Source of the DNA: Tubiluchus corallicola
Taxonomy: Eukaryota; Animalia; Priapulida
Reading direction: 5' to 3'
Assembly (NCBI GenBank): GCA_030141605.1
Contig: JAQGDQ010000260.1
Coordinates: forward strand, 62,001 to 126,000
DNA: 64,000 bases
Below are positions 61,301 through 64,000 of the stretch, in pieces (within the stretch, counting starts at the first letter, position 1; every line of letters begins with the position of its first letter). A program made the translations under genes and the position numbers. Below the pieces are notes generated by a model. The model did not search any database. It had not been told where the DNA came from and worked only from the letters and a program-made list of their open reading frames with translations.

Positions 61301-63222
61301 ACTTACACCCAGTTACATTAATGTTGCTATTTACAATAATCAAATAACCTAATCGAGTGTTTTGTAAATCTGTTACAAAACTATGAAACAGTAGTTCAGT
61401 TTCAAACTATAACTGTAATGACTACAGTTGATTACAGACTTTCACTTGGTAACTTATGATTTAAATGCATTTGTATTTTTATAGGATGCTCCTCGATGAA
61501 CTGCGAACCATGAGCAGTAAATGGAAGAGGCAGAAGGATGGAGAAGAGACGTCTCCAGATGGTACGGAGCAGGTCTCACGTGCTGGTGCCAGCATGATTA
61601 CAGATAGGTAAGATACACAGGTTAAACACCATTCAAGCCTTGTCAGTCTAAGTCTTCATTAAAAGTAGATTACCTGCTTGATTTAGTTTTACCTTGTTCT
61701 GTATTCTGTTATAAAGGGTGTCTGAGAAGTCACTGTCCATTTTTTTAATTTTTTTTTAAACTATGAAGGCAAATAAGCAGGGATGAACTAAAATTTTGGG
61801 AATTGATTTAATCAAATTAGATGAAAATGTGAAAAGAACTGCTGTACTGGTTGTCTTCTATACCATCTCTCATCAGCTTATGATTAACACACATTTCCAA
61901 CATCTGCATTTAAAGTTAAATGCTTACACAACAATCTCTAATATTTGTAACAGGTTTGTGAAGTGCGTTAGTCGTGTTACATGAACTTTTTTCTTGATCT
62001 AATCTCTTGAAAAACTAACGGGGTCAGATCACTCTAGAGAGCCTTGACGACCAGTCTACCAGATAGGGAAATCTTGCATTAAGAAAATCCATCATAGTTG
62101 AAAATGTTATAGCATCATATTGAATATCAAAAAGATTCTTAATTTGTTCAGGACAATAAGCATTTGCTGTATTTTGCACGAGTTCATGAAAAACTGCTCC
62201 CACTAAGCAGCAATTACATTATATTTGATAATTTTGGTAGGTTTCAACTCATCACACAATGGATTTTCATGCAAAATTATATATGAAATTCATTTGCTAT
62301 ATTGAAAATCGATTTTTGACGAAAAAAAGAAAAAAGCTTTCAATAACTGCAGCGTTTGTACCGTAACAACGTACAGTATCATTTGTGTGAAATTGGCTAA
62401 TGCTGAAAATTTCAATTATCCAGACACAATGCTCTGATACACTTTGGCCTCAAGTCTACTCCATTTTTAAGGAGAAATTCCTGTTAGAAGATGGTGGACC
62501 TTTATTTGTCCTTGGCTGATCAATTGGTTTTTCTTGGAATAGCAGCAAAACACTGCACAGCTTGAGCTGTAGCAAATAGGCGATCAATTTATTAGTGTGT
62601 ACAATCACGCAAGTGTACACCAGACTAATTAACTCAATAGACTAAGTTGGAGTGCCTGAAAAGAGCAGGTTCTTCGTAATTTTGTGCAATTAAATCACTT
62701 TTAAATGTTTAAATAAATAGCATGATTGGATGCCAAGATTTTTGGGAATAGGACAATAACTAATTTGTAATAATTTAGTTATGTCTGTGCTCATAAAGTT
62801 ACGGAAAAGTCATAGGTCTTGTAAGACCTATTTTGAATGGTGCAGTCTTGACGGAGTTAAAGATTGCTTTTGACACTTATCAGAGCTTTGAGGCACCCTG
62901 TATTGCAATAGAGCAAATATCTCCAAAGCATTACTTGTGGTTGAATCTGGAGAAATCTAGTATATCGCCCAACAAGAACACCGGTGATTTTGTTGCCATA
63001 AAAATAACATTCTACGATTATTATTAAGGTACACGGGTCATGGAGTTGTGGTATATGCCCCGAGCAAGGTGAAAGGCGGTCGGGAACTACAGCTGCCCAG
63101 CATGAACCTGCTCACGAGCAAGTCGTCCAGTCAGGCATTCTTCCTGCGGATTCTCAAGGTCATTATACAACTCCGAGAAGCTGCCAGGGCGGCACTGAGG
63201 AAAAACCAGCATATAAGCAAAT
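272..63222 (+). CDS. HUWE1: E3 ubiquitin-protein ligase HUWE1 ortholog, partial multi-exon gene (54 exons seen; 5' end and HECT domain outside window)
   Basis: The spliced translation matches recalled human HUWE1 blocks in collinear order: [30 protein letters not shown] (LQDMGFTR), WWE (WFDDRSGRW...[10 protein letters not shown]), [20 protein letters not shown] repeats ([10 protein letters not shown]), GRELQLPSM. All boundaries are GT-AG and phases are compatible except 39107->41477. Confidence 0.97.
372..960 (-). mobile_element. Degenerate RTE-clade LINE 3' fragment
   Basis: Minus-strand translation with frameshifts reads [16 protein letters not shown]...[21 protein letters not shown]...[22 protein letters not shown], typical of the RTE ORF2 C-terminal region. 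A short (CAT)n tail lies near 375. Confidence 0.72.
1214..1541 (-). mobile_element. tRNA-derived SINE
   Basis: Minus strand has an A box (TAGCTCAATGG) and a B box (GGTTCAACTCC), followed by GAGTCATACCAAAGATTTAAAAATGGTAC. Flanked by the direct repeat GGTGATAGT (1205-1213 and 1542-1550). The 3' boundary is uncertain. Confidence 0.7.
1729..1830 (+). CDS. HUWE1: HUWE1 exon
   Basis: tttcag|[34 protein letters not shown]|gtaagt; phase 0->0. Confidence 0.95.
3106..3349 (+). CDS. HUWE1: HUWE1 exon
   Basis: tttag|[15 protein letters not shown]...AAKT G|gtaaac; phase 0->1. Confidence 0.9.
3841..3942 (+). CDS. HUWE1: HUWE1 exon
   Basis: [34 protein letters not shown]; phase 1->1. Confidence 0.95.
4071..4235. 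repeat. (GT/GCGT)n microsatellite followed by a GA-rich tract
   Basis: gtgtgtgtgcgtgtgtgt...gcgtgcgagagagggaaagaggg seen directly. Confidence 0.85.
4334..4414 (+). CDS. HUWE1: HUWE1 exon
   Basis: [27 protein letters not shown]; phase 1->1. Confidence 0.95.
4824..4930 (+). CDS. HUWE1: HUWE1 exon
   Basis: [36 protein letters not shown]|gtaagt; phase 1->0. Confidence 0.95.
5363..5632 (+). CDS. HUWE1: HUWE1 exon
   Basis: [21 protein letters not shown]...[18 protein letters not shown]...AIIK; phase 0->0. Confidence 0.96.
6006..6299 (+). CDS. HUWE1: HUWE1 exon
   Basis: [16 protein letters not shown]...[11 protein letters not shown]|gtatgt; phase 0->0. Confidence 0.95.
7123..7299 (+). CDS. HUWE1: HUWE1 exon
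   Basis: [21 protein letters not shown]...SRAII|gtaagc; phase 0->0. Confidence 0.95.
7772..8155 (+). mobile_element. MITE family A, copy 1 (about 390 bp)
   Basis: Alignable by eye to the copies at 9892, 12391 and 48454; termini degenerate. Confidence 0.8.
8243..8488 (+). CDS. HUWE1: HUWE1 exon
   Basis: [13 protein letters not shown]...[10 protein letters not shown]|gtaaaa; phase 0->0. Confidence 0.95.
8964..9566 (-). mobile_element. pogo/Tigger-like non-autonomous DNA transposon, family B
   Basis: TA|CAGTAAGTCCTC ... GAGGACTTGCTG|TA TIRs with TA flanks; reverse-oriented relative to the copies at 24462 and 34196. Confidence 0.8.
9617..9821 (+). CDS. HUWE1: HUWE1 exon
   Basis: [16 protein letters not shown]...[12 protein letters not shown]...EFKPE G|gtaatg; phase 0->1. 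Confidence 0.95.
9892..10282 (+). mobile_element. MITE family A, copy 2
   Basis: Full-length homolog of 48454-48841; ends GGAACTGTGAAAAG. Confidence 0.85.
10360..10934 (+). mobile_element. Internally deleted Tc1/mariner element of DD41D (rosa/Visitor) type with a transposase C-terminal fragment
   Basis: 29-bp TIRs CAGAGAGACCCAAAAAGATGCGTACCCAT and ATGGGTACGTATCTTTTTGGGTGACCCTG with TA on both sides. ORF 10430-10813 has [11 protein letters not shown]...[20 protein letters not shown], with 41 residues between the 2nd and 3rd catalytic Asp. Confidence 0.92.
11494..11651 (+). CDS. HUWE1: HUWE1 exon
   Basis: cgcag|[27 protein letters not shown]...SQSLQ|gtttgg; phase 1->0. Confidence 0.85.
12012..12259 (+). 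CDS. HUWE1: HUWE1 exon
   Basis: [40 protein letters not shown]...LPKFR; phase 0->2. Confidence 0.95.
12391..12778 (+). mobile_element. MITE family A, copy 3
   Basis: TIRs TAAGTCTTGTCACAGTT ... AACTGTGAAAAGGCTTA. Confidence 0.88.
13411..13533 (+). CDS. HUWE1: HUWE1 exon
   Basis: [40 protein letters not shown]; phase 2->2. Confidence 0.95.
13545..13870 (+). mobile_element. Dispersed repeat family D (pogo-like start), copy 1
   Basis: Begins TA|CAGTCAA..CCCTCG; reverse complement of 20340-20748 (shared AAAATCCTGCT.TCATTACGAATATTC and GGTAAACAAACATCGGT). Confidence 0.65.
14204..14497. mobile_element. hAT-like MITE
   Basis: Termini CAGGGCTTGTCTTAA ... TTAAGATGGCCCTG; TSD not recognisable. Confidence 0.55.
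14692..14765 (+). CDS. HUWE1: HUWE1 exon
   Basis: [24 protein letters not shown]|gtaagt; phase 2->1. Confidence 0.93.
15403..15560 (+). CDS. HUWE1: HUWE1 exon
   Basis: [19 protein letters not shown]...LIHTQK|gtgagt; phase 1->0. Confidence 0.95.
16004..16126 (+). CDS. HUWE1: HUWE1 exon
   Basis: [41 protein letters not shown]; phase 0->0. Confidence 0.95.
16480..16614 (+). CDS. HUWE1: HUWE1 exon
   Basis: [10 protein letters not shown]...[11 protein letters not shown]|gtaact; phase 0->0. Confidence 0.9.
17331..17447 (+). CDS. HUWE1: HUWE1 exon (UBA domain)
   Basis: [39 protein letters not shown], with the UBA MGF motif; phase 0->0. Confidence 0.95.
17844..17995. repeat. 43-bp minisatellite (about 3 units) with a GTAAGG header
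   Basis: Unit CATTATTCAGTTTGAGTTTAGC(A/T)TCGTGTCAGCTGA(T/C)GCTAAG starting at 17862, 17905 and 17948. Confidence 0.92.
18850..18930 (+). CDS. HUWE1: HUWE1 exon (UIM-like motif)
   Basis: [27 protein letters not shown]|gtaagg; phase 0->0. Confidence 0.93.
18948..19330. repeat. 43-bp minisatellite (about 9 units)
   Basis: Same unit as the 17862 array; starts 17 nt after the exon donor. Confidence 0.95.
19816..20067 (+). CDS. HUWE1: HUWE1 exon
   Basis: DEKKKQEEE...[24 protein letters not shown]...ELVEQ|gtcagt; phase 0->0. Confidence 0.94.
20340..20748 (-). mobile_element. Dispersed repeat family D, copy 2
   Basis: Inverted homolog of 13545-13870; left boundary approximate. Confidence 0.62.
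21269..21382 (+). CDS. HUWE1: HUWE1 exon
   Basis: [38 protein letters not shown]|gtgagt; phase 0->0. Confidence 0.92.
22343..22461 (+). CDS. HUWE1: HUWE1 exon
   Basis: [40 protein letters not shown]; phase 0->2. Confidence 0.93.
23051..23297. mobile_element. MITE carrying an internal degenerate (TTAGGG)n array
   Basis: Imperfect ~25-bp TIRs (GGCTAAAGTTTGCAATTCCTCACACA and TGTGTGGGAAATTATAAACTCTTACC), an 8-bp direct repeat GAAACTTT on both sides, and a TTAGGG-type array at 23092-23262. Confidence 0.75.
23384..23530 (+). CDS. HUWE1: HUWE1 exon (start of WWE domain)
   Basis: [22 protein letters not shown]...[15 protein letters not shown]; phase 2->2. Confidence 0.96.
23771..23879 (+). CDS. 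HUWE1: HUWE1 exon (WWE domain)
   Basis: [36 protein letters not shown]|gtaaga; phase 2->0. Confidence 0.96.
24146..24372 (+). CDS. HUWE1: HUWE1 exon
   Basis: [16 protein letters not shown]...EQKCTITR; phase 0->2. Confidence 0.93.
24462..24910 (+). mobile_element. pogo/Tigger-like family B, truncated copy
   Basis: Left TIR TA|CAGTAAGTCCTCGCTTAACG; body homologous to the 34196 copy; right TIR absent. Confidence 0.78.
24981..25221 (+). CDS. HUWE1: HUWE1 exon
   Basis: [32 protein letters not shown]...TLRHTMEK; phase 2->0. Confidence 0.95.
25939..26125 (+). CDS. HUWE1: HUWE1 exon
   Basis: [10 protein letters not shown]...[19 protein letters not shown]...PPVSKR; phase 0->1. Confidence 0.94.
26331..26719 (-). 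mobile_element. MITE family A, copy 4 (inverted)
   Basis: TAGCCTTTTCACAGTTCC ... GAAACTATGAAAAGGCTTA; reverse complement of the 48454 copy. Confidence 0.88.
27107..27312. repeat. Local ~70-bp imperfect direct repeat pair
   Basis: ATTAAGG.ATA.T.CAGGG..GTGCACTTGGACCATTA..CTTTGAATATTG.ATTAC at about 27111 and 27243. Confidence 0.75.
27429..27593 (+). CDS. HUWE1: HUWE1 exon
   Basis: [17 protein letters not shown]...[22 protein letters not shown]|gtatgt; phase 1->1; NAGNAG acceptor. Confidence 0.92.
28302..28420 (+). CDS. HUWE1: HUWE1 exon (shortest form; 3' end ambiguous because of the tandem donor array)
   Basis: [40 protein letters not shown]|gtaagc; phase 1->0. Confidence 0.85.
28397..29535 (+). 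repeat. 39-bp minisatellite (about 29 units) spanning the exon/intron boundary
   Basis: Unit CAGGAACTAACAGACAGTCCTCAG|GTAAGCAAGACAACT; translates as [13 protein letters not shown]. Confidence 0.98.
30515..30706 (+). CDS. HUWE1: HUWE1 exon
   Basis: GKVKSK...[20 protein letters not shown]...GQSELITE; phase 0->0; possible in-frame upstream acceptor at 30482. Confidence 0.9.
31084..31243 (+). CDS. HUWE1: HUWE1 exon
   Basis: [16 protein letters not shown]...[14 protein letters not shown]...LVTDIR; phase 0->1. Confidence 0.93.
31551..31809. mobile_element. PIF/Harbinger-like MITE
   Basis: TAA|GACTTGTGTCACAGAGAAAGGCGTAAG ... CTTACGCCTTCCATCTCTGTGTGACAAGGACC|TAA; an inverted related copy begins near 50062. 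Confidence 0.7.
32288..32436 (+). CDS. HUWE1: HUWE1 exon
   Basis: [34 protein letters not shown]...KSQL|gtgagc; phase 1->0. Confidence 0.94.
33040..33639 (+). mobile_element. Kolobok-like non-autonomous element, family C copy 1
   Basis: TTAA|TGGAAAACCAG ... CCTGTCTTCCT|TTAA; inverted homolog at 55064-55549. Confidence 0.72.
33775..33922 (+). CDS. HUWE1: HUWE1 exon
   Basis: [49 protein letters not shown]; phase 0->1. Confidence 0.96.
34196..34932 (+). mobile_element. pogo/Tigger-like family B, full copy
   Basis: TA|CAGTAAGTCCTCGCTTAACGA ... TCGTTAAGCAAGGACTTACTG|TA. Confidence 0.88.
35252..35416 (+). CDS. HUWE1: HUWE1 exon
   Basis: [13 protein letters not shown]...NEADET G|gtagga; phase 1->1. 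Confidence 0.9.
36109..36737. mobile_element. Putative MITE with GGCC termini (Zator-like)
   Basis: Imperfect TIRs GGCCCACAATAAAAATATTTCTGT ... ACAGAAACAATTTTTTCTGTGGCC. Confidence 0.5.
36907..37152 (+). CDS. HUWE1: HUWE1 exon
   Basis: [14 protein letters not shown]...[11 protein letters not shown]...DEEQQH G|gtgagt; phase 1->1. Confidence 0.9.
37178..38319 (-). mobile_element. MITE family A, copy 5 (inverted), interrupted by an insertion at 37286-38047
   Basis: The halves 37178-37285 and 38048-38319 join into one complete family A copy. Confidence 0.85.
37286..37545. repeat. (AATC)n/(AGTC)n tetranucleotide microsatellite
   Basis: Seen directly; followed by TTTATT, suggesting the tail of a minus-strand LINE 3' end. 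Confidence 0.95.
38962..39107 (+). CDS. HUWE1: HUWE1 exon (acidic region)
   Basis: [49 protein letters not shown]|gtatgc; phase 1->0. Confidence 0.9.
39380..40520. repeat. 25-bp minisatellite (over 40 units; distal part indel-rich)
   Basis: Unit TTTATGTTTATTTTGTCAGACGTGG; the 25-aa periodicity in the ORF track equals 3 units. Confidence 0.96.
41477..41578 (+). CDS. HUWE1: HUWE1 exon (probable)
   Basis: Strong pyrimidine tract, ttttag|[35 protein letters not shown]|gtgtga; phase 1->1 fits the next exon but not the previous one. Confidence 0.65.
42199..42797. other. Assembly gap (599 N)
   Basis: Run of N. Confidence 1.
43300..43507 (+). CDS. HUWE1: HUWE1 exon
   Basis: [25 protein letters not shown]...NPPAILQR; phase 1->2. 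Confidence 0.92.
45114..45246 (+). CDS. HUWE1: HUWE1 exon
   Basis: [14 protein letters not shown]...[15 protein letters not shown]; phase 2->0. Confidence 0.92.
46280..46400 (+). CDS. HUWE1: HUWE1 exon
   Basis: [40 protein letters not shown]; phase 0->1. Confidence 0.94.
46856..47049 (+). CDS. HUWE1: HUWE1 exon
   Basis: [33 protein letters not shown]...VTEME|gtgagt; phase 1->0. Confidence 0.93.
47521..47853. repeat. ~71-bp tandem repeat (about 4.7 units)
   Basis: AGTGCCAAATATTTGTACATTTAGCATCTGTAGTTTGCTG... recurring near 47526, 47597, 47668, 47738 and 47809. Confidence 0.9.
48022..48358 (+). CDS. HUWE1: HUWE1 exon (low-complexity Ser/Thr/Pro-rich)
   Basis: ttccag|[13 protein letters not shown]...DSQAVE G|gtaagt; phase 0->1. 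Confidence 0.88.
48454..48841 (+). mobile_element. MITE family A, copy 6 (best-preserved termini)
   Basis: TIRs (AA)TAAGCCTTTTCACGGTT ... AACTGTGAAAAGGCTTA(TT); no coding capacity. Confidence 0.9.
49686..49922 (+). CDS. HUWE1: HUWE1 exon
   Basis: [14 protein letters not shown]...HSENS G|gtaggc; phase 1->1; second in-frame acceptor at 49695. Confidence 0.85.
51231..51377 (+). CDS. HUWE1: HUWE1 exon
   Basis: [16 protein letters not shown]...EPASSS G|gtaaga; phase 1->1. Confidence 0.87.
51741..52415 (+). mobile_element. piggyBac-like MITE family E, copy 1
   Basis: TIRs CTCCTTCAGGAC ... GTCCTGAAGGAG with degenerate TTAA flanks; inverted homologs at 62143-62856 and 58800-59033. Confidence 0.8.
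52712..52965 (+). CDS. HUWE1: HUWE1 exon (UBM/DUF4414 repeats)
   Basis: [25 protein letters not shown]...[17 protein letters not shown]; phase 1->0. Confidence 0.96.
53595..54027 (-). mobile_element. MITE family A, copy 7 (inverted)
   Basis: TAAGCTTTTTCACAGTTCCAGCGATTG ... AACTGTGAAAATGC; small internal duplication. Confidence 0.85.
54114..54396 (+). CDS. HUWE1: HUWE1 exon (UBM region)
   Basis: [11 protein letters not shown]...[39 protein letters not shown]...ILGYA G|gtgcag; phase 0->1; alternative donor after 54387. Confidence 0.92.
55064..55549 (-). mobile_element. Kolobok-like family C, copy 2 (inverted)
   Basis: TTAA|AGCAAAACAGG ... CCGGTTTTCCT|TTAA; reverse complement of 33040-33639. 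Confidence 0.72.
55716..56514 (+). CDS. HUWE1: HUWE1 exon (largest, 799 nt)
   Basis: [10 protein letters not shown]...[27 protein letters not shown]...[19 protein letters not shown]...[10 protein letters not shown]...RKGKATLQR; phase 1->2. Confidence 0.96.
56991..57548. mobile_element. hAT-like MITE
   Basis: AAGGGATGTTAA ... TTAACATCCCTA termini, subterminal CGATAC/GTATCG motifs, 8-bp flanks TTGTATTA and GTGTATTG (6/8 match). Confidence 0.72.
57603..57848 (+). CDS. HUWE1: HUWE1 exon
   Basis: LHSSTG...[34 protein letters not shown]...SVIS; phase 2->2. Confidence 0.95.
57925..58450. repeat. Degenerate ~40-bp tandem repeat
   Basis: AAGTGTCTAGGTTTGTTATATAACATAGATTTACCTATTT-type unit at 57975, 58015 and 58055, with diverged flanking units. 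Confidence 0.8.
58481..58620 (+). CDS. HUWE1: HUWE1 exon
   Basis: [13 protein letters not shown]...VDGSIR G|gtacat; phase 2->1. Confidence 0.85.
58800..59033 (-). mobile_element. piggyBac-like family E, truncated copy
   Basis: TTAA|CTCCTTTGGAAC end; body matches 62143-62390 (same orientation as that copy). Confidence 0.72.
59101..59267 (+). CDS. HUWE1: HUWE1 exon
   Basis: EPYTSTPG...[12 protein letters not shown]|gtactg; phase 1->0. Confidence 0.92.
60045..60410. repeat. Compound pentanucleotide microsatellite (TGTGC)n/(TATGT)n
   Basis: Seen directly. Confidence 0.96.
60521..60678 (+). CDS. HUWE1: HUWE1 exon
   Basis: [24 protein letters not shown]...[14 protein letters not shown]; phase 0->2. 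Confidence 0.95.
61485..61607 (+). CDS. HUWE1: HUWE1 exon
   Basis: [16 protein letters not shown]...SMITDR|gtaaga; phase 2->2. Confidence 0.92.
62143..62856 (-). mobile_element. piggyBac-like family E, copy 2 (inverted)
   Basis: TTAA|TTTGTTCAGGAC ... GTCTTGACGGAG|TTAA; reverse complement of 51741-52415. Confidence 0.8.
63029..63222 (+). CDS. HUWE1: HUWE1 exon (last in window)
   Basis: aag|[50 protein letters not shown]...|gtgagt; phase 2->1. Confidence 0.93.
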
Positions 63223-64000
63223 GTGAGTGATACGGTGTCAACATAGCAAGGGATAGGTTGTTCATATACTTTATATGGTAAAAGAGTATATGTGGCTGCA
63301 ATATGCGTATGAACTCATTTGGTCTTACATTGCCTTGTCATACTGTAGTTTATTATTATTGACCTTTGACCTCTCTATACACATTTGTGAGACTTTGTGC
63401 CACTGACAGCTGTTTTATTTGTATACTAACCACTTCGAAACATATTGAAATAGTTAGATGTGTTAAGGAGATGATTTATTAATAGATTTCAAACTCATCA
63501 TTTCAACTACTTAACGATCGTCATATTAAAGAGAGACACCTAAATTGAATACGTTACATAAATCAAACAAATTTATTGTGAGATCTGCATTTCATTTGCT
63601 GTGGCTAGTTTCATTTCTTTTATTTTATGACAAATATGTTTACCTATTGTTTCAAGCAATGTATTTCATTTAGATTTAAATTTGTGAATCACTTTCATTA
63701 GGTAGTTGAAATATTGAGCTTTTCGATTAATAAATCATCTTTTGTACCCATTTAACTTCTTAACAGCAGAACAAATGTTTTGTTTGGATTCACTAGGAGC
63801 AAACCAAACTATTTGATAGTTGCTTTGATTTGATTTAATGTCAAGTGTGAACATCTTGGCGAGTTACTCTTCACAATTCTCACAGCAAATGGAGAAGTGA
63901 GTTCAGTTCGCATTTATTGTTGGAGAGTAACTCGCGGCAAATTTTGCTCTTTAGTCTTGTGAGTTATTTGGTGAGTTCATCAGGTGAGAAAACTCGCTAG

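Noticed and set aside
1-64000. Intronic let-7/miR-98 cluster as hosted by mammalian HUWE1
   Set aside because: I did not see TGAGGTAGTA(G/A) on the + strand by eye; an exact search would be needed to exclude it fully.

Overview
AT-rich animal (invertebrate-like) genomic DNA. The whole window is the internal part of one + strand gene encoding the giant HECT-type E3 ubiquitin ligase HUWE1. I traced 54 GT-AG coding exons from 272 to 63222. They cover the N-terminal armadillo-like (DUF913) region, UBA, UIM-like, WWE, acidic and UBM/DUF4414 regions. The start codon and the HECT domain lie outside the window. Splice phases chain consistently except for one break between 39107 and 41477, where an exon is missing next to a noisy 25-bp satellite. 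There is also an N gap at 42199-42797. Introns are packed with non-autonomous DNA transposons (a 7-copy MITE family; pogo-, Kolobok-, piggyBac-, Harbinger- and hAT-like elements; an internally deleted DD41D Tc1/mariner), RTE/L2 LINE and SINE remnants, and several minisatellites. The most unusual structure is a 39-bp (13-codon) minisatellite of about 29 copies that straddles an exon/intron boundary. It produces a tandem array of CAG|GTAAG donors, ten of them in frame before the first stop, at roughly the position of the vertebrate HUWE1 BH3 segment. Other minisatellites are also tied to splice-site sequences. Homology calls rely on my recall of human HUWE1 and of TE family hallmarks, not on database searches.
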